From: Rhina ancylostomus
Taxonomy: Eukaryota
Direction: 5' to 3'
DNA length: 64,000 bases
Assembly (NCBI GenBank): GCA_030265395.1
Contig: JARFYF010000074.1
Location: 46,553,344-46,617,343 of the forward strand
A program made the translations under genes and the position numbers. Positions 25,537-37,869 of this stretch are shown one piece after another; within the stretch, counting starts at the first letter, position 1; the number at the start of each line of letters is the position of its first letter. Under the pieces are notes generated by a model. That model ran no database searches. It was not told the DNA's origin and saw nothing but the letters and a program-made list of their open reading frames with translations.

Positions 25537-25598
25537 GATTGGAACCAGCACAACAATAGTTCAACACACAGACGGCTTTGTGACCTACTTGTGGAAAT
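25537..25598 (+). CDS. MATR3: Matrin-3-like exon 2 (His-containing half of ZnF1: DWNQHNNSSTHRRLCDLLVEI)
   Basis: ttctccttatag| acceptor and |gtatgg donor; aligns with human [21 protein letters not shown]. Confidence 0.93.
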
Positions 25599-25962
25599 GT
25601 ATGGAGGTTTTTGATTGCTATTGATATTATACACTATACCTTTACTAACTTACATACTTATCCACGACATTACTGTTGCAATTGGTGATTAGTATACATC
25701 TTATTTACTAATTACTAATGTTATATTGCAATAATGTAAAATGAAGGACTGTTAGAAAGTTGTAAGCATTTTACACAGTTGTTCAAGGTGTTATTCTATA
25801 TCTATTTGCAATATTTGTTTAATATTTCACTGTGTTAAAGGTTGNNNNNNNNNNTAATTATTTAAGTATTAGCTCTGAGAATCTGGTAAAATGCTTCTGA
25901 CGTTTTATTTACAGTAATAATTGAGGCTTTTGTTCTGTGATTAATTATGTCCGCATTTCTAG

Positions 25963-26001
25963 ATACCCAGAATGGAACCCAGATGCTTTCCAACCTCAAA
26001 T
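25963..26001 (+). CDS. MATR3: Matrin-3-like exon 3 (YPEWNPDAFQPQM)
   Basis: catttctag| acceptor and |gtaagt donor; matrin-3 YPEWNPD motif; 39 nt. Confidence 0.92.
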
Positions 26002-27559
26002 GTAAGTATTTATTCCTTGAGTTCTCAAGCATTACTCGGTATGTGTTTAGCCCAGTTATTGCTGTGAAAGTATTGAGAGAAAGGTGTTTTTAACCTCTCC
26101 TGGATTGTAACCCTTTTTTTCGGTGAAACTAGATAAATTAATGCATTCAATATTGATATGAGCATTTCACATAAGTTATGTGGGGCTCAGAATCATCGCG
26201 GTGGACTGTGGTTATAATGCATGCCCATTGGGATGATTTCTTTTGCAGGGCACTGTCACTTTCTAGCAGTGCACTGTCAGTATAGCAATCTTTCCATATC
26301 CTGGCTGTTTGTATCTCCATGATTCAAATGGTTTTGATCTGCAAAGTGCTCATTATCTGGCATTTCTCAGCATAATATTGTTAGCCAGTGCTTGCATTTT
26401 CATCCCTCGAACATTCAATAATTCCTGCTTGCTGAGTTGCACTATAGGAAATCTTTATAGAATATGCAGTGTTGCTTTTGTGTGTATCAGCTGAATAGGT
26501 AGGCCATAACTCATGGGGAAAAAAAACCCAATCTGTTTTCTATTTGTTTACTACAGTGTAAACCAGGCAAATTTGGGGAAAAATCCCTAGTTAAAGTAAA
26601 ACACGGAAAAACAACAAAAAAATTATTACCATATAAGTAATTCAATGGATCACTCTTTGTAGTGTATTGAAGATATGGTCCTCACATCATTGAATAAATG
26701 TTCTGCACTGGGCATTCACAGACAAAGCTAAACATGAACAATAACACTTGTTTTGCGCATGCATTCATTTCTTCATGGGTTAATATGTGAAAGTTTTTTT
26801 TTAAGGATTATAAACCGTCATAATAAAAACATATGTTTTTGTGCTTTTGAGCATGCCTTAATGTGCAGGCAATTGGTATGATTAGATTTTTTTTGAATGA
26901 TTATTACTTTTCAGAGTGTATAAACAAGTGAAAATATTTGATATGTACTATAATGGTTTATTCTCCTGAAATAGTTGCAAACTTTCTGAAAAGCTGGTTC
27001 AATTTTCAACAGAATGATTGAATTCAAATAGCTTATGCTACAGTGCATTTTGCATGTAGCTAAGATTGTTTATGGGCAATATATTAAAAAAAATGGAATT
27101 TAGAAAAGCATGCACTTAACACCTATTGGTCATTTGTGGAACTGGTTTTAAACCTGTTTGCAGAATTATCAAGCCGTAGGTTCATTTCATAGCTAAATGT
27201 GAATCTGTGTTCCAGTATTTGCTTTAATTACATTATATCTTTAAATTTCACTGTTTTGCTGGCTGAAGTTAGTTTGCAGCTAATGCTCTTTTTTTTCCCC
27301 ATTTAAGAAAAAGGATTGCAAAACTAGGGGAATTGTTTATTGGTACCTGCCTTAACCAGCCATTAGCCCTACTTCCATTTTTCTACGCATCCAGTTTAAA
27401 AAGTTCAGAAATTATATTGCATTGAAAACAATAAATGTATTTTTTTTCCATTATAACTACTTGTTTTAGTATTAGAATGAATGTTGAAATGTCATTCCAA
27501 TTGAACTTAGTTCCTGATTGTGTGTGAACTCTGTGTAAAGTCCTTTGTGTTATTTCTAG

Positions 27560-27675
27560 GGGCGATCCACTTGTTCTACAGTCAACAAATCTGGCTCCTG
27601 GTATTTTGGGACCCCCACCATCTGGATCCTTCCTTGCATCCAACAGGGGGCTAGGAGGAATGGAATCACATGGGG
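27560..27675 (+). CDS. MATR3: Matrin-3-like exon 4 ([20 protein letters not shown]...)
   Basis: tatttctag| acceptor and |gtaatg donor; matches human [21 protein letters not shown]. Confidence 0.92.
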
Positions 27676-28934
27676 GTAATGATCTTCAACTCTTAAACTA
27701 CATTTTAACATACTATAATTTTCAGTATCACATGCATTGCTGGAAACTGTTGTCCATTGTTGTATACAATTTTTAAAGTTTATTACCACTGCCTTAGAAT
27801 ATTAGCTACTATTTGTAGAAAAATAAATGGAAAACTGGCAATAGAGAAAAGGGGAAATAAATATGAAGACCAGAATTTCATCTTGATAAAACTGAAGTAG
27901 ATAAGTGGCAGATTAACCAATCTGAGAATTTATTTGATTAATGAACCCATAATTGTAGGATTTTATTCCTCATTCGGGAGGAGAATACTGGTTGTTCAAA
28001 ATCTGCCACTGCTGCTAGATAATTTTAGCTTCCTGTCAGCTTCAATACAAATCAGTGTTAGGGTACATAATCAAAGATGACCNNNNNNNNNNNNNNNNNN
28101 NNNNNNNNNNNNNNNNNNNNNNNNNNNNNNNNNNNNNNNNNNAAAGTAACAAGACAAATGCATTTGCCCTTTCATTCCCTAAATCTCATTGTATCAGTCT
28201 CTAACTCTATTTAGTCTTGGTAGTCTGTAATGATGCATTTTATTTAAATATATAAAGGAAGGCAGACCCTTTTTTCATTTTAATATTTTGAGCCACCTCT
28301 GTCAATCTAGACATTTTACTATATACTGTATAACTTGCCTGACTCAAAGGAAAATGGCTTATCTTGGAGCCCAATCATCTCTGTCCTATGATGTAATAGC
28401 AGGACAGGAATGACATAGACCCATTTATCTTCATCAAAAAATCATCAGTTGTCTTTTCTCTATTATGTGGTCAGGGTGGTATATCTGCTGATAACTATGT
28501 GAATTGCATAGTGTTCAGCTCCATTTGCAATTCCTGAGATAGTGCCAACACACTGGAAGACATGGACAACAACTAGGCTCAGGCTGATGAATAGCAAGTT
28601 AAATTTATGCCACACAAATGCCAGGCAAAAACAAAATATCTAATCCCTCTGCAGTATTCAGTGACATTGCTATCTCCCCGCTGTCAACATCCTGAGGTAC
28701 CATTCATCAAAAACTTAACTGAACCAGCTGCGTAAATGTTGTAACTATGCAATTAATGTCATGTAATACTGGCATTTGAGTTGTAGCGATTGACATAATT
28801 TGCTTTGGCCATAATTTTCAACAAGCCTACATATGCTTAATTACTTAGAGTAAAAATATAAATAGGGATGAAAAATGAAAGAATTGAGTGGAAAATAAGA
28901 GTAACTAAGTATTGCTTGATTCTTTCTGTTTCAG

Positions 28935-29008
28935 CATCAAATAGGAAGGGTCCTATGGATAACAAGCAAGGGAACAATGTTCAGAGGATAAAGAAGCCTC
29001 TCCGAATG
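28935..29008 (+). CDS. MATR3: Matrin-3-like exon 5 (linker ASNRKGPMDNKQGNNVQRIKKPLRM)
   Basis: tctttctgtttcag| acceptor and |gttagt donor; its phase 1 to 0 is what is needed to join exon 4 to RRM1. Sequence similarity itself is low. Confidence 0.8.
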
Positions 29009-29199
29009 GTTAGTGTTTCATACTCTTGTAGACCATATTTTAAAGTTGCATACATAAAATCTAATTTTACGCAGGGCTTAACTAATCGTAGATTAGCAAA
29101 ATTGCAACCTTTTCAGTATCTGTAGCAGAGTTGTATGGAGTTAAGCAAAGTATAAATGAAATATCTGTAGTTATCAGAAACATCAATTTGCATTAATGT

Positions 29200-29950
29200 A
29201 GATACACAATAAAATACCCCAAGGCACTACACTCAAGCATTTAAACAAAATTAGAATGTAGCATTAGCTACATGAGAAGTTATTAGGACAGATAATGGTG
29301 CATGCTAGCTTAAGGGTAGTAAAGTTTTAGATAAGCTGAAGTTTATGGAGGGTGTAAGATGAGAATCAGACCAAGAACATGTTGGACTGGTCAAAGAAGT
29401 AACAGAAGCATGCTTGAAGGTTTTAGCAGCAGATTGGCTGAAGCATGGGCGAAGTTGGGCAGTTTTACAGGTGTGGAAATGGGTGGTTTAGTAATGACAC
29501 AAACATGTGGTTTGAAGTTTTTCATGAAATCAAATAGGTCATCAAGGTATCTGGTTCAGCCTCAGAGTTGCCAGGTAATAGTGTTAGTCAGATGAGCATG
29601 GGATGGAGAGAATGGCTGCAGAGATGAGGACTCCAGTTTTCCTATTGTAATTAATTGAAAGAAATTTCTGCTTATCCATGCTGCTTGTCTGACAAGCAAT
29701 CTGGCTACCTAAGAGACAATAGAAGAATCAAAAAAAAATCTGGTAGAGTTGGTTTTCACCAGTGCATTCATAGCATATATAGAATAAGTTGAATGGGGAT
29801 ATGAGGTTGCTGTGGACCAAGGTTAAGCTTCTGATGATACTGGGGAAAAAAAAGTCTGAGGTGAGATCCAAGCAGAAGTTTGGGATGAAGAAAGATAAAA
29901 GGTGAGTAACCAAGCTGCTGACCGGTACATATTTGTGAATATTTACTGGA
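29200..29950 (-). mobile_element. Decayed LINE (L2-like) fragment
   Basis: Minus-strand text such as ISPFNLFYICYECTGENQLYQ, similar to FSIYMLPLG...YADDTQLY. A similar tail recurs near 60760-60950 and 63860-64000. Confidence 0.45.
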
Positions 29951-31039
29951 TAGTGTTAGCAAAAAAAATTGTCACACGTTAGTCCTATACCATCTCCACT
30001 GTAGAATTGTCCATTCAGTCTGAAATAATATTAAGAAATGGAGAATGAAAATACTGCCACCACAAAATAAACTGTGAATGTATTCTTCTTTGTTTCATTT
30101 TCAACAGAGGGCATATTTTGCAGGAAAGATGTATAAATTCTGTCCAGATATGTAAAGCTTAATGTCTATTTTGTGCTGGTCAATTCATATGTGTAATTAT
30201 GGTATGTGTAATTATGGTACTAGAAATGGTATTAGTATATCTGATGTTTATTTTGTTAAATTTAAAGGTAAAGTATCCTGTATATATTTTTCAAACTGAG
30301 ATAATTTAGTTGAAGGCTTTTTTAAATTACCATTGAACATCAAGAAGCCAGTGGACTTGCTGTTCCATTTATTGTAAATGTATTGTTTAGAGGTCTTGGA
30401 GTGCAAGGAAAATGAAATAAATTAATTTCATTGCTCAAGTGGCAAGGATTATCTCCAAGGATATTTAAACAAGAGCAAAATAAAGAGGTTTTTAATGCAG
30501 ATTTTGCATTAAATGCTTTCCTATCATATTGAATAAATTCAAATTTTGTTAAAATCTAAGTCTAGAAACTAGGATCACAGTTTGATAAATCAATATTAAA
30601 TTGAGAGGTTTCAAATTTAAGAAAAAACATGTCACAATTATCCTAATTGAAAATGCTCTGACAGTCTATATCAATGATATGGTTTGCACACCTAGTGTAA
30701 GATTAAAACACATTGCCTAAGAAGTACCTTTGTGTTTGAGGTCTTGGAAAATACTGAGTGATCTAAAAATTGCATTGCATTGGGAAGCATAATGTAAAAT
30801 GAGCAATGCATTGCATTTGAGATGGTATGTTGATTTGCATCTTGGCAATGAATAATTGTCACTGCTTGACCCGGGGAATGCTTTTTACTTCAGGATTCTG
30901 AATTGACTCAATGTGCCATTGCAAATATGGGACATTGTTTGGCCTAGTCTTTATAAACTGGAAAGGTGTGTAAATTAGCATTACACTGTACTTAATCATA
31001 ATGCATGTCTTTTGCTGATATTTTTATTTTTCTCTTTAG

Positions 31040-31177
31040 AATGTAAGTGATGAGCCTGGGCGAGTGGTTCACATTAGCGAGTTGCAGCGAGGTAGATGTA
31101 TGAATCGTGACTTAATCAAACTGGCTGAACCATTTGGAAAGGTTACCAACTATTTGCTAATAAAGTCAAAGGGTGAG
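31040..31177 (+). CDS. MATR3: Matrin-3-like exon 6 (RRM1 N-half)
   Basis: NVSDEPGRVVHISELQRGRCMNRDLIKLAEPFGKVTNYLLIKSKGE; tctctttag| and |gtaagc; 138 nt. Confidence 0.93.
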
Positions 31178-31633
31178 GTAAGCACGTTGTGATTGCGTTG
31201 TCATTGTTTTTGCATTATATTAAAGTTAACAATGTAATAATTATTCTACAATCGCATGTGTATTATGTTCTCAAACTAAATTACAAAAGAACAATTCCCT
31301 TAAGACATTTGACCAATAAGACCTAGTGTAATAACAAATGAAAAAAAGCTGTTCAGCTCATCAAAGATTAGACTTCTCATCCTCAGCATAACCTAAGTGG
31401 CTCTCAACAGTTCTGCTCAGAACATCATAATTATGTGTGTAAGATTGTTTCTCTATATTAAAATCCCTTTCAAAATATCTCTGTGCTAATTCCAATCCAT
31501 TGATTGTGATTTCCTTTTTTTCTTCTTAATGTGATACTTAGTTTGCCATTAAATTTGACTTAGTCATGCAATACAAATATACAGGTGATTATGAGCATTT
31601 ATTTGCCATTAACATTTGTGTTTTTAATTGCAG

Positions 31634-31878
31634 GGATTTGTGGAGTTGGCCTATCCTGAAGCAGCTCAAGCCATGGTGAAATTTTACCAGATNNNNNNNN
31701 NNNNNNNNNNNNNNNNNNNNNNNNNNNNNNNNNNNNNNNNNNNNNNNNNNNNNNNNNNNNNNNNNNNNNNNNNNNNNNNNNNNNNNNNNNNNAATTTTAC
31801 CAGATGAAACCTACTTTTGTGGATGGCAACGTCATTAGAGCAGAACTGTCTCAGAAATATAAAAAGTTAACAATAAAG
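31634..31878 (+). CDS. MATR3: Matrin-3-like exon 7 (RRM1 C-half), interrupted by a false 100-N gap; true length 132 nt
   Basis: GFVELAYPEAAQAMVKFYQM-KPTFVDGNVIRAELSQKYKKLTIK after merging the duplicated 13-mer aattttaccagat on both sides of the gap; aattgcag| and |gtactt. Confidence 0.9.
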
Positions 31879-32589
31879 GTACTTTATGGACAAAATAATA
31901 GTTACTTAATTGGTTTAATTCATATTTGTACAGGTTTCCTTTATGAGCTTTATTTGTGGAATTCAGAACACTAGTAACAAGTACAGAAATGGCAGAACAG
32001 GGAGCAGCCCAACAACTTTGGAATGGAAACAAGAGTATACTAATATGGTCTATAGCTTGAGAACCACTGACATAAGACCTCGCAGTTTGTCAGGACTTTG
32101 TAATTGCAGTGTGCAGCTTTAAAGTTCTGAAAACTACCTTGTAATTAAATCATTTTTATTAATTAATTCTGATGGTTGAAAATGTGCATTCACTATGTAT
32201 TGATGCATATTTCAGGTGTATTCATTCACCCATTGCCCTTTTCCTTCTTGGATGTCTGAGGTCATTTATTGGGGAGGTGCTGTTGGTGTAATCTACACAA
32301 TTAACTGTAGTGTATTTTGTGATGGTATGCACTGCTTGGTGTGCCAGTGGAGGGAGTGAATGTTTAAAATGGTGGATGATGCCAGTCAAGCAGGCTGCTC
32401 ATTCATATATGGTGTCAAGCTTCCTGCATGTTTGTGGAGTTCTGCAAATGGAATATATTTCATTATGCTCCAGAATTCTGCCTTAAGGATGCCGGAAAGG
32501 CTTTGGCATTTTAAGACCTGAGTAATCTGCTGCAGGATACCCAGCTTCAGAGTTGCTCTTGCAACCAAAGTATTTACATGCCCGGAGCA

Positions 32590-32830
32590 AAAATATTGCC
32601 GTTATTGGAAATTTGAAACAAAAACAGAAAATGCTAGCAGCGCTCAGGAGATCAGGCAGTGTCCATGGAAAGAGAAACAGAGTCAGCATTTTAGACGAAT
32701 TACTCTTAATCAGAACTGGAAAAGTGAGAAAAGTCTGTTTTAAGTTGCAGAAAGGAGGAGGGGTTGCAGAGAACAGAGAGAATGTCTGTGATAGGATGCA
32801 GTCCAAAGTTGTTAAGGTAAGTGTTCCTCT
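32590..32830 (-). repeat. Penelope-type terminal repeat copy
   Basis: aaaacagaaaatgctagcagcgctcaggagatcaggcagtgtccatggaaagagaaacagagtcagc...atcagaactggaaaagtgag. Confidence 0.65.
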
Positions 32831-34242
32831 AAATATTGACAGTTAGAGACGAGAAAAGAAAGGTACAATCCAGCAAGAAAAAAGGCTGGTTACCTAAGTG
32901 CATTGATGGGAATTAGACCAAGCAGTGTTTAACTCTTAGGGATGCCAAAATTGACAAATCTGTGAAATTTCTGTTCTTTGNNNNNNNNNNNNNNNNNNNN
33001 NNNNNNNNAAATATTCCTTTCTTTTGTAGAGGCTTAATTTACTGTTTAAATCGGGGCTCTTGAATGTCTTGTATCATTTTTGGGAAGTAGGATATCTGGA
33101 GCGAAATAATTCTGGTAAAGCTCTTTGACAGGTCTGAAAGCAAATACTGTTACTCTGAGCATTTGGACAACTGTGGAACTGCTTGGGAATTAATAATAAG
33201 GAATCATAACTTAGGGCTTCACAAAAGTCTACTGGCATTTGTTCAATGCCATATTGAGGCAATACCAGCTTCAAAGGTTTAATGAATATGGACAGAATTG
33301 ATGCAGTGTCACCAGGTGGCATCTGATTGCTTTTGGCTATTTATCTTGGTGCTTGCTTGTGGCAGAAAATCCACAGAGTAAGAATGTCCACATCTTTATG
33401 AAAGTATTGGTCCATTTTAAGGCTCTGCTCCAGTGAATTAAGGTCCTTTCAATTCCATGGGGAGCATTATACCTGCGGTAGCTAGCTACGTCATACTCTT
33501 GCTGAGCTCAGCTAGGTTCAGGAGCACAAGATAGCTAACTCTCACTGTCAACAATGGACATTCAGAATAAGCTGGTTTCATTGAGTGTGTCTAAGAAAGC
33601 TTGAGATTATGTTTTAACAATACCTTTCTAGGTAAATGCTTAATTGTGGAGTGCACAAGAATGTTGCAGACAAATTATTTAATTTATAGACAGCAAGGAT
33701 TTCTTGTTGCAACGGATTCCTCCTTTGAAGGTAATTCTTTCTGCCCCTGCTCTTAATGGGCTTCCTTCTGAGCATTTGTCTCTTCTTAAATCTATAATGT
33801 TGCTGCTTTCCACTTGAAGTAGCATAAAGTAATGGAAATATATCACTAACTGGAAAAGATAATTCAACTAGTCAGTTAATTTTTGCATCAACTAATTCTG
33901 AACATTACTGAACCGTAAAAGAAGTTTTAAAAAATTGGAATTTAGAACGAAGTCTGCTCCTTGAACATTCCCACTTAAAAAATTTTCATTGGCAATGTAT
34001 CAAGTGCCAGTGGATTATTTGTCTTGTAACATAATTTGCAGTGATGGTGCTGCCACACAACAAATTACATTTTTAGTCTTAAACTTGAACTTTTGTGAGT
34101 TCCTTATTTGATCAACCACTTATTTACAGTTCTGGGGTTTAAATAATAAAAAATGAAGTGCTTTTGTGTTATACTTGAATTGCCCCCAGTTTATATACTA
34201 GGGGTTATGCCATTTAAATATTTTTCCCTCATCTACCTGTAG

Positions 34243-34383
34243 GGCAAAGAAAGTGAAGAACGCAGCCGAGTGGTCCACATCAGTAACTTGCCTTCTGTTG
34301 GCTACTCTGACTCAGAAATTGTGCGCCTTGGTACACCCTTTGGCAAAGTGACCAACTACCTACTGATGAGAGTTAAAAATCAG
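34243..34383 (+). CDS. MATR3: Matrin-3-like exon 8 (RRM2 N-half)
   Basis: GKESEERSRVVHISNLPSVGYSDSEIVRLGTPFGKVTNYLLMRVKNQ resembles human [39 protein letters not shown]; cctgtag| and |gtactg. Confidence 0.94.
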
Positions 34384-35619
34384 GTACTGAAGTATTTAAA
34401 ATGCTAGTAATAATGTGAAATACTTCAACAAGTAGTTTCATTCATGGTGCAGCATATTGGTGCATTTTCTAAGGATTGGGTCCAGTTTGAAATATTAACA
34501 TACTAAGAAATACCAGTGAATTTCACTAACTGGCGTTGCAGTGAGTGAAAAATTCTATTTCAATACTGATGTAATTTCCACAAAATACAGAAAACACTGA
34601 TCTCTTGCAGACTGTCCTCAGAGTTTGTGCCATGTTGTAAATTCCTTGGTTATGCTCCTTCATTTTGTTAATATTGATTTGGTTTGAATCATTCAGATGG
34701 TAAATATTCAATTTACAATGGTATTTAGTATTGACTTGCTATTTCAGGTCTTCAGCTGAAATGGTTATTATTATTTGCAGGGAGTATTTTAATTGCAAAT
34801 TTGGTGTACAATGCACTAGGCTGTCGTCTAAGTGATTTTCGTTTCATTTTTGGAAATAGTCAAACGCTTTGAAAGATTGACATCCGTTGCCTTTCAGCTG
34901 ATGGTGGCTGCCATCTCAAACTGTTGCAGTCTATGACATGAACAATGACATAACAATACAAATTCAAGTCAGACTGAGTTGAAGCTTGAAGAGGGAATTA
35001 GATGTGATGCTCTCGTAGATCTACACTGTATTTGGAAAGTGGATGCTGTAGAGAAAACTATCAAATAGCTTAAAAATATGATGAATGAGTATTAAGTGAG
35101 CTGTATATTTCTGCACAATAAGTTTTGATATGATGGCCTTAGTTTTTTTTTAATGGAGTGTTTTCAAAGTTGTTTTCTTGTCAATATCAAGAGGTCTATG
35201 AAAGATACTTCGTCTTTCTTTTTGTTTCTCCATTTTTTATTTTTGATCCATGACAGTTGATTTACCCCATCAGTACTAACTGTTTAACATTAGAAAATAC
35301 AGCTTCACTGCTCCTAATATTTTGGAATGAATGGTATATCTAGTGTATTTAGATATACAGTTGAAGCATTGACATCACAGTCATATGGGCAGATGGTTGT
35401 TTGGCAAATGCTATTGTAGTAGCCCATGAAGAATGCTATCACCTAGAAGGCAAGTAGGTTTGGGCAATAAATGTTAATCTTTCCAGTGTTGTCTACATTA
35501 CAGGAATGAAATGAGTCATTCTTTGGTTCTTAGATCATTACCATTTGTATCCTCCACCAAATTGCATCCCAAAAGTATAAGTATTTAAATGCAGGTGATA
35601 AGTAAATGCTCTCAAGGTG

Positions 35620-36710
35620 TCTTATGAAGAACCCTTTAAGAAACTTAATTGAGGCATGTAAAAAAAAATTGAGGAGCCTAGGTAGAGTACAAAGAAAGGA
35701 TTTGTTTCCCTCAGCGGAGAGGTCAAAAAACAGAGGATGTGGATTTAAAGTAATTGGTGGAAGGATGAGAGAGAAGGTAAGGAAAATTTCTCTTCACCGA
35801 GAGGGTCCAAAACCCATGTTTCGTGGAAAGTGAAAAAGTGTGGAAAAGACAGAAATCCTCATCTCATTCAAACAGTACTTTGATGTGTATTTGCAGAGCT
35901 GTGATCTGTAGGGGTTGGGTTGTATGGATCTTTTTCAACTGCAGGTGACAAGATGGGCTGAATGGCCCCTATCTGTGTCTTGAGTTTTAGATTTCATAAG
36001 GCTATACATTCATTACAATTGTGTAATGCCTTAAAAGATTTGATTGAATCTCTGTTTAATATGAAGGTTTTGAACAGAGTGGTGTGTGGAAGGAATACCC
36101 GCTTCACTGTTATATATAGTTATTCCCAATTATTAATTTTAATTTGTAAAAGGATTTGAGAATAAGAACAAAAACAACTTTCTCTGATCGCATGGAGTCT
36201 CATCAAGGCCCTATGTATTTTTGGTGTCTTTATCCAAAACAATGATGTACTTGTTACAGAGGGAGAGTAGCAAAGATTCAACAGACAAGTTCTTGAGATG
36301 GCAGGTCTGTCATATGAGGAGAAGTTGACTAGGCTATGTCTCTATTCTACAGAATTTAAGAGAATGAGAGTTGATCTCATTAACACATTAAAACAAATTA
36401 GAATGCTTGATGGTGCAGATACAGGGTGGGTAGCTAAAATCTATGGCTAAAACCATGGCTAAAAATCTAGAAATCAGGGCTTGTCTCAAAATACCTATTT
36501 AAGACTGAAAAGAGAATTCTTTACTCAGGTTGATGAATCTTTGGAATTCTCTGCTGCAGAGGCTCAGCCGTTGATTACATTCAAAACAGATTTCTGGATG
36601 TTAAAGTAACTATGTGATATAGGGATGGGCAGGAAAATGCTAATGAGTTGGAAAATCAGCTCTGATCTTGCGCAGTGATGGAGCAGGCATGAGAAGCTGA
36701 ATATCTGCTA
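35620..36710 (+). mobile_element. Two or more CR1 LINE 3' fragments
   Basis: catatgaggagaagttgactaggcta...agaatttaagagaatgagagttgatctcat (YEEKLTRL...EFKRMRVDLI); tail gatgggctgaatggcccct. Confidence 0.8.
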
Positions 36711-36831
36711 TTTATACTTTTATTTTCTTTAAAGGCTTGTTATACTTTTTTGGATTTCTGATGTGATGCAAAATCCACTAATTGAATTTAGTCTTAATTA
36801 CGTTTCCTGATGATCCTTGTATGAATTACAG

Positions 36832-36963
36832 GTTTTCCTAGAAATGGAAACACACCATATAGCGATGACCATGATTGAGAAGTTTAAGAAAGTACCTCTG
36901 ATGTTCCATGGCAGAGAACTGAAAGTATATTTGTCTCAAAAATACAAGAATCTTGTATTGAGA
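36832..36963 (+). CDS. MATR3: Matrin-3-like exon 9 (RRM2 C-half)
   Basis: VFLEMETHHIAMTMIEKFKKVPLMFHGRELKVYLSQKYKNLVLR; ttacag| and |gtaagt. Confidence 0.94.
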
Positions 36964-37437
36964 GTAAGTCATGTAATTAACGTGAAGTCTTCATCAGAAG
37001 ACAGCCTAGGCAGTGCTCACACTGCTTTGTTGACATCTAAAAGTAATCTTTTAAATTGTATTGTTATTCTGACATCCTTCCCTTCACCAAAATACATTGA
37101 GCTATTACCTGAATAGAACCAGTACTGTTCCGTGAAAAGCCAGTAAAGTGCTGAATGATAATTTAAACAACTGAATGGTTTTAGATACATTCACAAAATG
37201 TTTTGGCCAATTAGCCGGTGCACGCACATTGGCCACCTTTTGTCAAAAAATGAAAATTACTGTTACATTTTATGTAGAATGTCATTCTTTTAACAAACAA
37301 GTAACTTGAACTCTGTGGCAAGGAAGTTCCCATTTAAATACGGGTTATGTATTACTACCTTACCAATTCCTTTTGTATGCTTCAATAATTGTTGATGGAT
37401 CAAAAAAGGGACTTAATGATTTTGATTCCTCTTTCAG

Positions 37438-37490
37438 AAACAAGGTAGGGGTGTTGATGAACTGCTGGGAAACAGAGAGCGGGAAAACCG
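37438..37490 (+). CDS. MATR3: Matrin-3-like exon 10 (KQGRGVDELLGNRERENR)
   Basis: cctctttcag| and |gtaagt; phase 0 to 2 fits; resembles human IPNRGIDLLKKDKSR. Confidence 0.85.
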
Positions 37491-37869
37491 GTAAGTTGCG
37501 CATTTAAAATTGCAAAAACTGAAAGCTGTTAAGCTGATTAAAATTTATTTTTGTTTGAAGATTATGCAATAAGGCTGCAATTTAAGATACTTGCAAAGTT
37601 TTAGCCATAAATAACTATTGTAAGCAGAGGCATCATATCTACAGTTGATGATTTGTACTGTGGCTTTCTGGAATATCAATTTAATTTGCTGTATTGGTGC
37701 AGGAAGTTAACCAGAAGCTTTTTAATTTCTTCAGAACCAAATGAAAGAAGGGCAAATTCATACAGTGCTTTTCATAACATTACCTCAAACTACTTTACAG
37801 CCAATTAAGTAATTTTGAAATATAGTAAAAAATTCAGACAACCATAACGCTGCATTTGGGTAATTATGT

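Noticed and set aside
30189-30218. 15-bp tandem duplication atgtgtaattatggt x2
   Set aside because: Ordinary slippage duplication; not an array and has no spacers.
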